NCBI RefSeq assembly: GCF_003918875.1
Contig: NW_025765657.1
Span: 1-64,000 of the forward strand
DNA length: 64,000 nt
Direction: 5' to 3'
Origin: Haliotis rubra
Lineage: Eukaryota
The first letter of the stretch is position 1. Each line of letters starts with the position of its first letter. Positions 40,901-51,730 of the stretch are shown here, piece after piece. Position numbers and translations under genes: made by a program. Below the pieces are notes generated by a model that saw only the letters and a program-made list of their open reading frames with translations, did no database searches and had not been told where the DNA came from.

Positions 40901-43900
40901 AGTCTATGCACTACTACTACTACTAAGAGCAGAATCGCTTGCTCGCTGAGTGGGGCCGTAACTGAAGAGACATGTGACAGCTGTGATTGGGTGAAATAGT
41001 ATAAGGTGTTATGTTTGTTAAAATCACCTCCATCCAGTCATTAAAACTGACCACCATTTTAAGTATTTAATGCTGTCATTTGTATGACCATAACTTATGC
41101 TTATGCGAGAACAGATATGTTCAAGCAGGTGACAGTTGGTGCGGACCTGGGAGGGTTGATGTGTTTAGCTTCCTGTTGTGTGACTTCCTGTGCTCGCAAA
41201 GTTAGCCTGTTCAAGTTGACCAGAAATTGATTTTATTGTAATTTAAAGGCCAGACTGTAATCATGTGTACATGGAATGGTCGTTGATAATTTTCAGCGTG
41301 GTGGTGAATGTAGTGTTACGAATGGTCAGCTTCCGTTGTTTAACGGTCAGACTGTAATCATGAGTACATGGCATGGCTGTCGATAATTTTCAATGTGATG
41401 TTGAATGTATGCTGACAAGTGGTCAGCTTCCGCTATGTAGGGAGAGAAGTGTCTGACCGGAATTAAATACAGGAAATAGTAAGCAGTTTAGGACTGATGG
41501 TCACAGAATATCTCAAGTAGGGTGTCAACTGGTTGTGCAGTGATGAAATGATTAAGCATTTGTCATATATATTACTGAATAAAAAAAACAAACCTACATG
41601 TGTTCCTTCTGTAAAACATTCCAATGCTTTTACTCAAAATTTAAAATTGAACTTTACTCTCAAACTGCAAACATAAAAAAAAACCCACCCATGAATGCTA
41701 TATATGACATTTTTTTTGACATCATGTGACATTTGACATCATGTGACATAGGTTACTCACATGTCGTTAGCCACCTAATTCCACAGACAGTACAATGAAA
41801 TACTGGTGTAAGCTTCTTGTGACTGTATTGTGTCGGGTATGAAGATGTTGGGGCCTCCCGGTGTTAAGAATTGTATTCTGTGTATTCAGTGACATAGGGA
41901 GGATTATTTATCAGTTGTAAAACAAAGATTTATACAACGAACAGTTGTCTCATGTCAGTCCTCCAGCAATCCATTAAGTGAGTGAGTGAGTTTAGTTTTA
42001 TCTTACACTCAGTAATATCGCAGTTATATGGTCTGTAAATAATCGAGTCTGGACCAGACAATCCAGTGATCAACAGCATGATCATCGATCTACCCGGACC
42101 TTCACGGGTACAATACGTTAAGAAACAAGAGAGATATACAGATTTCATTGTTTATAAGCTCTGTTTCAAATGAGTAGGCTTTAGGATAGGAGCTCTCCCA
42201 AATGTCTACTTCACATGTTGTGCTAATCGTCTTATTGTCCTTCCTCATCGTCCTGTCGAGAACCTTCACTTGTTTGTAGAGCCATATAATACGTTCAGGA
42301 TAAGGTTTAATGTTCATCCGTTCTAAAAGATGCTTCACTATGTAGGTTTTCCCACAGGAGGTGGGCCCTGAGACGATCATGGTAAATGGGTGTATTAGTC
42401 TAAATTCTTCCAATGACTGGGTAGTACTCTCTGATGAATGTGGTTGCATCATAGGTGATCGTACTTGTGATGGTGGTGGTGGAGGAGGAAGAGCAGGTGC
42501 TTGTGGTGGTGGAGGAGGAGGAGGTGCTTGTGGTGGTGGTGGTGGCGGCTGCATTGCTCGTCTGTGTTGATTCCTGAGATGTCTAGGCATGGCATCCCTT
42601 CTGGAAAAATTGAAATTGCACACGGGACACGTTCTTGACTGCATGGTGGTCCGAGTCTAAATGGCAGGAAACCTGTCTACTGGCTGCTTTTATCTAAAAA
42701 GTCGTCTTCCGTTTCTTCATGGGACTCTGGGAGGAACGTTTTTTTCTAGCTTTAGATCCCCCATTCTCCTGCATCTGAATAAGAGGCTTGGCCTGTTCGA
42801 CCACTTGTTGAGTAGGGGTAACAAAATTAATCTTAGGTTGCTCTGTGGTTTCTAGTTTTTGTTTGCCTTTCTTCCACTCTGGGTCATACAGTTCAATATA
42901 GGGGGAGGAATAGTCATATTAGTCACGGCGTTCTGATTTTTTAAAATCTATGTCCCAGGACAATATAGATATTTCCGTTAGTCCATTCCTCCACCTTTGG
43001 TCAAGATGTAATGGTTCATTCAAACCCACCTTGACATTAAAAGGTTTGTTGCTGGGATAGAGGTGTTCACTATCTGTACTTCTGACCGTAATGTATTTAT
43101 CCATGTTTAGATTTAATCTTGGGGTTAGGTAACAAGTATCCCAAACTACTGCTGAGTAGTGCGGTCCACAAATTGGACCTTCCTTTGTCCAAGGACAAAT
43201 TGACAATACACGTAATGACTACAATGTAAATAATAATGTTTTTCCCAAAAATGTCCAGGTGTCAGATGATGTACTCCGCATAAGAGATACTGCTGCTTCA
43301 GTGTCTTCCATCATAGACGACTTTAAAAACAGGTTACGTTGTGCTTTTATTCTGTTTCACATCACCTGGGATCCATGAATTGTATTTTGTAGACCAATGG
43401 AACCATTTCACTAACACTCCTCTTTTTGACAATGTCTTGAATTCTATACTCCTGATCTGGATTTTCTACCACTGCTTGTAGCTCTGATGAATAAAAGGCA
43501 CCTTCAATAGGATCACCACCCCAATCTTTCAATATTTACATGTCATTTCCTTGAGACCAATATCTTCTTATTATTGTAAAAAAATCACCAGACTATTTCT
43601 CTTGATATTCTCTGTCAAAAGTTCTCTTCAGATGACTCACTCTGACTTTATCCCCCACTTTGAAAGTGAACTTCTTTTTACTCTGTTTCACCTGGCGGGG
43701 TTTAATCAAATACTGAGAGAGTCTCACTTCATCTTCATTTTTTGAGTTACACTAGCAGGAGACTGTCCTAAGGAACGATGTTTAGTGTGATTGTAACTCT
43801 TGACTACATCTGGTAAGATATCCATATATCTGTAGGTAAAGTGTTTCAACATGTATCGATACAATCTCATTTTAATGGTTTTAATCACTCTCTCAGTATA

Positions 43901-46900
43901 GGGGGCCTTGGTTTCATTCAGTGTAAACATTTGGGTTGCCTTGTGCTTTTTCAAAGAGGCTTTTACCCACCAATTCTTAAATTCTGATCCCATGTCGGAT
44001 TGAAAAATACCAGGCCTACGATCTTGTGTCTTCCATAAATGGGTCAATGCTTTCACCACTTCTTGTCCCTTTGTAGATTTGAGTGGATACACCCATAGAT
44101 ATCGTGAAAATAGATCTATGATGACCAATAAATACTTCACACCATCGTTGTACTTTGAAAGTGATGTCTAAACCTTCCACCACATAGTGTCTTCTTGGAA
44201 ATGTTCTCCAAACTTGATGAGTCATAGTATAGTTCTCCTGACCTTTGAGCCATTTCTTGATACGATGTAGACCAATTTTAAACTGACCCTCTGCTTTCAC
44301 AGCTTCATACAACTTCTTGGGTCCAGAACAACTACTAGCGTGTTTTGGGGTCATAATAAATCCTATTCAAGTACTCTTCCCAAGGTGCCATCTCAAATAC
44401 AACTGAACATGACTAACATGCATCATGCTATATTAACAAAACCCAAGACGAAAATACAATACAAGGTTTTTATTTATATCAAGTGTCATATATAGCATTC
44501 ATGGATGTTTTTTTTTATGTTTGCAGTTTAAGAGCAAAGTTCAGTTTTAAGATTTTGAGTAAAAGCACTGGAAAGTTTTACAGGAGAACAAATGTAGGTT
44601 TGTTTTCTTATTCAGTAATATATATGACAAATGCTTAATCATTTCATCACTGCACAACCAGTTGACACCCTACTTGAGATATTCAGTGACCATCAGTCCT
44701 AAACTGCTTATTTAATTCCGGTCAGACACTTCTCTCCCTACATAACGGGAAGCTGACCACTTGTCAGCATACGTTCAACATCACATTGAAAACTATCGAC
44801 AGCCATGCCATGTACTCATGATTACAGTCTGACCTTTAAACAACGGAAGCTGACCATTTGTGACACTACATTCACCACCACGCTGAAAATTATCAACGAC
44901 CATTCCATGTACACATGATTACAGTCTGGCCTATAAATTACAATAAAACAATTTCTGGTCAACTTAAACAGGCTAACTTTGCGAGCACAGGAGGCCACAC
45001 ACAACAGGAAGCTAAACACATCAACCCTCCCAGGTCCGCACCAACTGTCACCTGCTTGAACATATCTGTTCTCGCATAAGCATAAGTCATGGTCATACAA
45101 ATGACAGCATTAAATACTTAAAATGGTGGTCAGTTTTAATGACTGGATGGAGGTGATTTTAACAAACATAACACCTTATACTATTTCACCCAATCACAGC
45201 TGTCACATGTCTCTTCAGTTACGGCCCCACTCAGCGAGCAAGCGATTCTGCTCTTAGTAGTAGTAGTGCATAGACTGCACCCTCCATTCACGCACGCAAT
45301 AATCATATACGGGCCCACATGGCGCATGAATTTTATTTGCTAACAGCTACAATCGTTTATTGTTCACAGATATGTAAAATAAATACTCAGAACTTCGGAG
45401 TTGTTCCTTGTGTACCAAATCACCAATGACAGCATATTTTAAACTGGCTAGTGATACCTTTTACTTAACAAAATGCGCTCTGATATTTTCACAGCTTTTG
45501 ACCTAATAAATAGCAACTAATTTCCCCTCATTGTGTAATATTAATTCTACGTTGAAAAGAGATTTCGCTGTGTGAACACTCGGCAAACTGATAAAATAAT
45601 TGAATAATAATCACAGACCACCAAGGTCAACCTGAAGGTCACACATACACACACACCTGGGTCGGAAGGAGACTCCCAAAGGGGGCTTAAGGGTTCTACA
45701 GTCGATTAGGTCACAAAAAGGTCACACATATGTGACGTCATAAAAAAAAATGGCCGACCAAAATTGGTTGTTTGGGCATATTCCCTACCCCACACAAAAG
45801 CGGTATGTAAAACGCCACTCACTCACTCGCCCAAGACTGACATTTACTTCCTGAAATATCTTATCTTATAGCAATGCCCAACAGAATGCCTACAAAGCCA
45901 GAGCTGAGACAACCTAGACTTTAATAATAATTTTACACTTGAGATAGATTCCTGTTTCAATTTATTCTCTGGGCTGTTGGAATCCAAAGAAAGATTTTTG
46001 GCGTCTTCATAGAATCTGTCTTTATGAAATCTATTCTCATCTAGATTGAGCCAAAACATCAACTCATCGCGAAATCCTTATAAATGATGGTGACATTTTG
46101 AATAATACTTGAATAATCTGTGTAAATAATTTGTACTCCCCGAAAATCGTCAAAATGTGATATAAGAACATATATTTTCATTCCAGAGACGGTCTCGACT
46201 CCGAAAAGCAGTTGCTGAAGTCAACGCGATATTTCTGAAGTACAACGTCATCGTAGGATATAAGATGCAAACGGCTGGTTGCATTTTGACCCGGACATAT
46301 GTCAGTACTCGTAACGTTTTTTGAAATCGCATGTTCTCAACAGAGATCATTGCACTCTCTATCTGGCAATCACCTCAATTTCATTGCACCATTGGTACAG
46401 GGGTGGCCCAACAGCCTAGGGCATTGTAATTCGCCCTGCAAATTTACGTCTCTTTAGCGTACCTGAAGCATACAAGTTCGATTGTCCACATGGGTACAAT
46501 GTATGAAGCCCATTTCTGGTGTCTCCAATACCCGACTCCCCCCCTCCAGTGATATTGGTGGAATACTGCTAAAAGCGGCGTAAAACTAAACTCACTCACA
46601 CTCACCCATGATTTTTTAAAGTTTGTAAGTAAAGGGAGTGCTCACAGGATTCAAATAATGTTTAATTTTGTAACACTTTTGCCATGAGATCTCCTACATC
46701 AGGATGAATTGTGACATATTTGTTTTTCTTTTTTTGTCCGAAAAGGAAGACCGTATGTGTCTAATATTTTCACACCTAATTGGCCTTTCTGGAGCCCTTA
46801 GAACTCATCTCTTCTAAGGATTTTATTATTTTAAATGTGATGACTCTTCCTTATTCTTAATGGTAACTACATGTTGAGCAAGGGTCTTGGATATTCAATT

Positions 46901-49390
46901 TCTTTGTTAAAACGAAAGCGACCTTAGAATGATCTTTCTTGTTCATCATGTCTACTTGTTCATGCCATTTAATGAAGTAAACTTATTTTTTCATTATTAG
47001 ATATAGTTCTGATGCTAATAATGCTGTGTTCTTGGTTCGAGTTAGTTTCACTTTGATAAAAAAGGACACTTCTTTCATAGAATACGTGTGTATACTTCCC
47101 ATCAAAAGTTTAGACGTACGAGTGTCAATATAGCCACTTACTTCAGCCAGCTGTTCTTAACTAAATTTTGCAAAATATTCCATACTGCCTGAAGGTACTG
47201 TTTACACATGAACTGATGTATTGTTAAACAAATTCGTAAGGTCGGTAAGATTGTTGTCATGAGTTAAAAAAAAATTAAAAATCAGTGAAATTTGGCGAAT
47301 TCTTAACAAAACTTTACACCAAAACGCAGATGTTCACATGCACGATATTTGCACATCCTTATCAGCAATTTGATGCATAATCCTCGTACAATTCATATGC
47401 ATAAGGTTTGCAGTTGGTTCCCGCAAGATAGTTGTGAAATCAATGTTCGATACCATATATATATTCATAACATATAGTGAGTGTTTTAAGTGGGTCTAAA
47501 CTTTTGATGGGAAGAGTATTAAGAAGTCCATCGCTATTTTCAGCTCCAATTTTGGTTTTATAATCCAACGGAATGCAAGGTACGTACGAAACTGTTCATG
47601 CTCTTTTCATTTTTAATGATGATATTGTATAACTTGAAAAGTGTACGTTGACATTCTTTGATGTAAAGTAATCATAAACATCCAGAATAGTCAGATTCGT
47701 CATGTTATATGATCTATACACAGATATAGTTGAGAGTAATAGTGCACACAATTTGATATCGATTATTGCTTTATAAGGTTCCCGGTTAACGTCAGTTGTG
47801 TAATCTCATAGTGATGTAAACTAGTGATACTAGTGACTCATGTTTGCAGTGTGTATTTCGTCGTTCCCCAGGTAACTGTTTACCTGTGAAGGTTGGAATG
47901 CTTGTCGCCAGAGGCGACAAACAAGATCAGGTGGTCAGGATCGCTGACTAGGTTGATGCATGAGGTATCCCCTTTGCATAGATCATTGCTCGTACTGTCA
48001 GTCACTGGATTGTCTGGTCCATTGTTTACAGACCGCCTGGATTATTTACATATCGCCGCCGTATAGCTGGAATATTGTCGTGTGCAGCGTTAAACAACAA
48101 ACATACCAAAGAGAAAAGTTTTGATTACTTTCAGAACTTATTGGCCAATTTTCTGGAAGGAATTGAAGGAAGACATCTTGCATCTGGTTCAAATGCAGAC
48201 AAGGTTAGTACTGTATTTATTTTGTTTGTTATATATGAATCATACCTTCTCTAGCTCATTTCTGACAATCACGATCCCAAACGTTCAGTAGATCAGAAGC
48301 AGTCGTAAAATCGTTAGCACCTTTTCAAAATTAATTTTCCTTGTTTTTGTGACGCAAATGAATTCAGTGAATCAATGTTGAGTTGGGTCAGTGATCCTCT
48401 CATTAAGGCTTAGGCCAGGGATATTGTTGGAAATGAATGGACCAAGGATGTAGTCAGTAAGGGTTGGGCCGAAGATGCTCTTGTAATGGCTGAGCTGCAG
48501 ATGCAGTCATTTAAGGTTGGGCCGAGGATGTTCTTGTAATGGCGGGGCTGGAGATGCAGTCATTTAGGATTGGGCTAAGGATGCTCTAGTGATGACTGGC
48601 CCAGGGATGCAGTCAGTGGGGCTTGGGCCAAGGATGCTCTAGTGATGACTGGGCCAGGGATGCAGTCAGTGGGGCTTGGGCCAAGGATGCTCTAGTGATG
48701 ACTGGGCCAGGGATGCAGTCAGTGGGGCTTGGGCCAAGGATGCTCTAGTGATGACTGGGCCAGGGATGCAGTCAGTGGGGCTTGGGCCAAGGATGCTCTA
48801 GTGATGACTGGGCCAGGGATGCAGTCAGTGGGGCTTGGGCCAAGGATGCTCTAGTGATGGCTGAGCTTGAGATGCTGTTACAAAAGACTGGGCTGCTGCT
48901 GCAGTCAGTTGGGTTGGGCCGAAGATGCTCTTGTAATGGCTGGGCTGGAGATGCAGTCAGTTGGGTTGGGCCGAGGATGCTCTTATAATGGCTGAGCTGG
49001 AGATGTAATAGTTGGGTTGGGCAGAGGATGCTCTTGTAATGGCTGAGCTGGAGATGCAGTCAGTTGCCTTTTAGTCGATGAACAAGATCGTCTTATCTGG
49101 GGCCAAGGTTGCCATTATATTAGTATATTCTGAAGACTGCGTGAAATTCACCCGTAGGTCAATTCGTTGCCTTCAAATAAAAATTTTGCCACAATACTGT
49201 AAGGATCAACTTGTCTTCACAGGCATCGCAGCTGTTTCAACACCACTGCCTTGACTACACTTCCGCTTACAACGAAGGTCAGCTCAAGGTCAAACATGGC
49301 GCTAGGCACGTCCGCAACGCCATCTGCCTTTGTCAGTTTGTAGAGGACAAGTACTCAGAGGGCCAGCGTCTTCCTATCATGATCGTATGA
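31549..49390 (+). CDS. Spliced gene (copy B): TIR domain + 2 TM + TMEM268-like C-terminal region, 564 aa
   Basis: Exons 31549-31999, 32889-33392, 35791-35897, 39807-40052, 46187-46300, 47544-47579, 48135-48203, 49223-49390. All seven introns are GT-AG with compatible phases (1,1,0,0,0,0,0). Total 1695 nt = 565 codons, open from ATG to TGA. An upstream UTR exon or extra small exons cannot be excluded. Confidence 0.85.
32274..32443 (+). mobile_element. tRNA-derived SINE family 1, full length with TSD; mirror 8327-8491
   Basis: A box TAGCCTAGTGG, B box GGTTCGATTCC, (CAGT)n tail, TSD TCTAAAAAAGA. Other copies at about 15487-15656(-), 17795-17950(-), 19257-19413(-), 22096-22250(+), 23394-23552(+), 46475-46605(+), 50915-51082(-), 60802-60960(+). 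Confidence 0.92.
32889..33392 (+). CDS. Copy B exon 2: TIR domain
   Basis: Box 1 YHVFFSY, box 2 CSMHERDFHGG, VLVLSPDFIQSHWCMFEI, LTYIDA, box 3-like WW. Acceptor CACAG at 32888, donor AAG|GTGTGT. Confidence 0.95.
34030..34520 (-). mobile_element. Degenerate Tc1/IS630 DDE transposase fragment; mirror ~6140-6640 (+)
   Basis: YVDILSDHLLP..WIFHFDNA..ILNWP..DLNPIENV across frameshifts. Confidence 0.8.
35791..35897 (+). CDS. Copy B exon 3: (G)NMDALVELSSNFKCPLGEQLRTPYIPEPLLRQGVQ
   Basis: TTTGTCTTTAG acceptor, CAG|GTATGT donor, phase 1 to 0, no stop; mirror at 4699-4799. Confidence 0.8.
36090..36985 (-). mobile_element. Tc1/mariner 5' fragment (transposase HTH 36124-36339) splitting the minisatellite; mirror ~3630-4500 (+)
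   Basis: MPRLTAEGRERVNGMVQMG..VANALGCHRITVIR..FRQTG.TVDRPRSGRPRITT: paired-like HTH followed by the GRPR motif. Confidence 0.85.
36985..39530. repeat. 31-32 bp minisatellite array in intron 3 of copy B (~2.5 kb) with a 474-bp higher-order duplication
   Basis: Unit ~GTTGCTGACACCCAGTATCCAGGTGTGTGTAT. Identical translations at 38427-38738 and 38901-39212 (offset 474). Degenerate units also at 35876-36090. Confidence 0.97.
39807..40052 (+). CDS. Copy B exon 4: VPPDEFQQSM, Cys cluster, two hydrophobic TM helices
   Basis: GCAG acceptor, ATA|GTAAGT donor. Segments FTILLLAGISTVALGVIA and LIMIFPVFFTSLWLFFALTFCI. Confidence 0.85.
42102..42644 (-). pseudogene. C2H2 finger + poly-Pro + truncated Maverick packaging ATPase (A32/FtsK-like)
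   Basis: CPVC-x12-HLRNQH; FRLIHPFTMIVSGPTSCGKT (Walker A)..PERIIWLY, then similarity is lost and no Walker B is seen. Confidence 0.8.
42919..43104 (-). pseudogene. Maverick minor capsid (penton)-like N-terminal fragment
   Basis: MDKYITVRSTDSEHLYPSNKPFNVKVGLNEPLHLDQRWRNGLTEI matches the recalled pattern TLxSxxSxxxYPxNxxxxFxVxLxxxLxLxGxWxVGLxEI. Confidence 0.55.
43098..43313 (-). pseudogene. Small hydrophobic Maverick ORF remnant (IIIYIVVITCIVNLSL...LWTALLSSSLGYLLPNP)
   Basis: Hand translation in a frame not in the ORF track; motif recalled from small membrane ORFs next to Polinton integrases. Confidence 0.5.
43334..44391 (-). pseudogene. Maverick retroviral-like (rve) integrase with C-terminal chromodomain, frameshifted
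   Basis: MAPWEEYLNRIYYDP..GPKKLY..WLKGQENYT; YLLVIIDLFSRYLWVYPLK; QSDMGSEF; ERVIKTIK; YNHTKHRSLG; FKVGDKVR; VKW..NSWIP. The segment with the first catalytic Asp appears deleted. Confidence 0.9.
46187..46300 (+). CDS. Copy B exon 5: RRSRLRKAVAEVNAIFLKYNVIVGYKMQTAGCILTRTY
   Basis: TTTTCATTCCAG acceptor, GTCAGT donor, 114 nt phase 0-0; basic stretch directly after TM2. Confidence 0.8.
47095..47516. mobile_element. Tc1/mariner-type MITE in intron 5
   Basis: 21-bp perfect inverted repeat CTTCCCATCAAAAGTTTAGAC (47095-47115 / 47494-47514), TA flanks. Confidence 0.8.
47544..47579 (+). CDS. Copy B exon 6 (36-nt micro-exon): LQFWFYNPTECK
   Basis: TATTTTCAG acceptor, AAG|GTACGT donor, phase 0-0; fits the recalled TMEM268 pattern QLWFVYFDxxxC. 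Confidence 0.7.
48135..48203 (+). CDS. Copy B exon 7: NLLANFLEGIEGRHLASGSNADK
   Basis: CTTTCAG acceptor, AAG|GTTAGT donor, 69 nt; length and splice sites conserved in the mirror copy 63630-63698. Confidence 0.75.
48400..49065. repeat. 53-bp VNTR in intron 7 (mirror 62845-63400)
   Basis: GGGCCAAGGATGCTCTAGTGATGACTGGGCCAGGGATGCAGTCAGTGGGGCTT starting at 48625, 48678, 48731, 48784, with a partial unit at 48837; fewer perfect units in the mirror arm. Confidence 0.93.
49223..49390 (+). CDS. Copy B exon 8 (terminal): ASQLFQHHCLDY...RHVRNAICLCQFVEDKYSEGQRLPIMIV*
   Basis: TTGTCTTCACAG acceptor, TGA at 49388-49390; RH-x5-CxCQxxE motif like the TMEM268 C-terminus; frame conserved in the mirror copy. 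Confidence 0.85.
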   Translation, partial: ASQLFQHHCLDYTSAYNEGQLKVKHGARHVRNAICLCQFVEDKYSEGQRLPIMIV

Positions 49391-51730
49391 AGTAAATCCA
49401 TGCTTTATGGCATTGTGATTTCCCAGGATAGCAACACAATGCTCCTTTATGTACAAAAACACACTCTGTGTCAGGTCTTACTTTCTTATGTACCAGTTTG
49501 AATGTTTTCGATGGTGATAGTTTAGTTTAAAACAGATTATAAAATTTCGGTAATATGCCTGCCGTGATTAGACGGTTACCTACTTTGGTAAAACCGACAT
49601 TGCTGACAAAGCAAGAACATAGGGAGAAAGAAGCTTTGTTTCGAACCGACAATGTCTTAATGCCAATCAAAGAAGTCTTAGATGTCTGACGAACCTGTGA
49701 CTCTCCCAATGAATTGTGGCCCCATTCTCTACTGAACTACCGGCCCTCCATTTTATATAGACACGTAGTTTTAAAGCCTTCAGTTTCCATTGAGCGTAGT
49801 TGGTTTGTTGGTTGGTTGTTCAATGCCGCACTCAGCAATAGTCTAGCTATATGGCGGCGGTCTGTAAATAATCAAGTCGGGACCAGACAATCCAGTGATC
49901 AACAGCATGAACATCGATCTACGCAGTTGGGATACGATGACATGTGTCGACAAAGTCACTGAGCCAGACCACCCGATCCCGTTAGTCGTCTCTTGCGACA
50001 AGCATGGGTTGATGAAGACCAAGGCTTTTTGTAAAATAACGTAAATTGTTTGAAAAATATTCTGATTTTGACTCACATGTCACAAACGTTGTTTACGCGT
50101 TGCCAAAACTTGAAAACACCATAGTGTACTTTCTTTTGTACGTCAGTTCAGTTACTGTGGTCCCCTTTCCCCGAGGTCTCTCAGTAAGAATTAGTCCCAA
50201 CAACCTGTCTTTGCCATATGACATGAGTGGTCAGGCTCTGTCACTATAGAATGTTGATGAGGGTGGCGTTGAACAAAAACATGATGTCGAAGGTGGTAAC
50301 ACCCTACGACTGTATCGCCACAGTAAGCCACAACATCGTGATATTAACTAAAACACAATCCAAAGCGGCGTTCAACGCATTCAACAGTTTAAACTGTGTT
50401 CTCAATAATCCTGTCGTCAGACACCCCAAAATCCACGGCACTTAAAGAAAATGGAATATAACCTTTTTATTTGCCTGTATATCCCTGATTTCATGATCCC
50501 AGGACCCAACCTATTTAGATACTTTAAAAAAACATGCACGTACAGTGTATATATATATTAAATCTTATGTACCACATGTTAAATCCTTTGTGTCTGTCTG
50601 TCTCTCTGCCTACAGCGAGTCCTCACTAAAACGGACGTCAGCTATCCAGAAACCCTGCTATCCAGAAGACATTCATTGAAACTGGAATAAGTGGATCAGG
50701 TTAATGGTCTCGATGCCCTCTTCATGGCTAAAATATGCATTAAACATGTTCAGTTATCCGGACAATCAAAATCTGTTGTTCTGTGTGTTTACGCAAGCGT
50801 CCATCATGTTTGAGCAATATTCCAGCAACATCACGACTGGGAACACAAGAACTGGGCTTTACACATTGTAGTCATGAATGGAATAGAACTTTTGTCTTCG
50901 ACCTAATGAATGAGGGAGCAATGTTTTAAGCAGCTTTTGGCAATGTTTCAACAACATCAACCGAAATTCCGAGCGAAACCAGAAAAGGGCTTCCCACACT
51001 GTACCCATGTGGTGAATCGAGCCCGGTCTTCAGCGTGACAGGCGAACGCTAGCGCTTCAGCAATATGCTACCACACCGCCCGCAATATATGCTTTCGAAT
51101 CGCAATATATCGCAATATGAAAATTCTCTGCAATACCCACCCCTAGTAGATAAACGTGCAATAATGGACTCGTATTAAAGAAAAAGCATGGATATACGAC
51201 AACTGACAGGATCGACCAATTTCATTACTATGTGCACACTACTGCAGGTCTCCAGATAATTTTTCAACATCAGGAGTACGTACTCCTTATTTTTTTCAAT
51301 ATAGGAGTACTGGAAAACCTTAGGAGTACATTTAGAGTACTGAATGGAATTTAATGGCGGATCAGTAATCTTGTGTTTCGTTTTATATATGCACCACAAC
51401 ATAGCTACTCTTGTGTAAAAAGGTCAATAAATAATAAAACATTATTTTTTCAGATAAATACGTCTGTAAATGATTCTATGACCGTGCAACATTGCAGTGG
51501 TGCATATCTGCTACGTTTTCTAAATTATTTCCTACCGTATCGTGCATATTTTATATCCGTACATACGCCGATACGGCCCTTATCTTGAGCCCTGATACTG
51601 TATGACAGCGGTTAGATTCATGATGACAAAGGACGTTAAACGACGGTACTAATTATGAACCTGCAGGTGTCCGGCATTAAGGTGACTGCACAAAGTGTGC
51701 TCGGCTTTGAGTCAGTTTACTATGGCATTA

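Larger units (their letters stand above)
1..41452. repeat. Large inverted duplication 1: arms 1-19629 and 21889-41452, spacer about 2.26 kb
   Basis: Position 1 ACACTTCTCCTACATAACGGAAGC is the reverse complement of ~41429-41452. 19597-19629 is the reverse complement of 21889-21921. Genes, SINEs and minisatellites are collinear in mirror order, with several kb-scale indels. Confidence 0.95.
40409..45764. mobile_element. Internally deleted Maverick/Polinton between ~1.3-kb inverted repeats (40409-41709 / 44484-45764), in intron 4 of copy B
   Basis: The inverted arms are directly visible. The core has integrase, small TM ORF, minor-capsid-like ORF and packaging ATPase remnants, all on the minus strand. 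(AGT)n tracts at ~40910-40924 and ~45256-45267. Confidence 0.8.

Noticed and set aside
518-40924. A single 40-kb Maverick bounded by AGTAGT...ACTACT
   Set aside because: Inverted identity continues outside these motifs, and the interior is host gene sequence with no polymerase B or major capsid gene.
1-41452. Palindrome 1 as a pure single-read fold-back artefact
   Set aside because: The arms differ by a TSD-flanked SINE, kb-scale indels and array lengths. An allelic misjoin is still possible.
45844-46350. Minus-strand ORFs 45844-46062 and 46150-46350
   Set aside because: No recognisable motifs; the second is antisense to exon 5.
48135-48203. Alternative frame TYWPIFWKELKEDIL, resembling TIR box 3
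   Set aside because: The flanking exons require phase 0-0, which gives NLLANFLEG, and no adjoining TIR exon was found.
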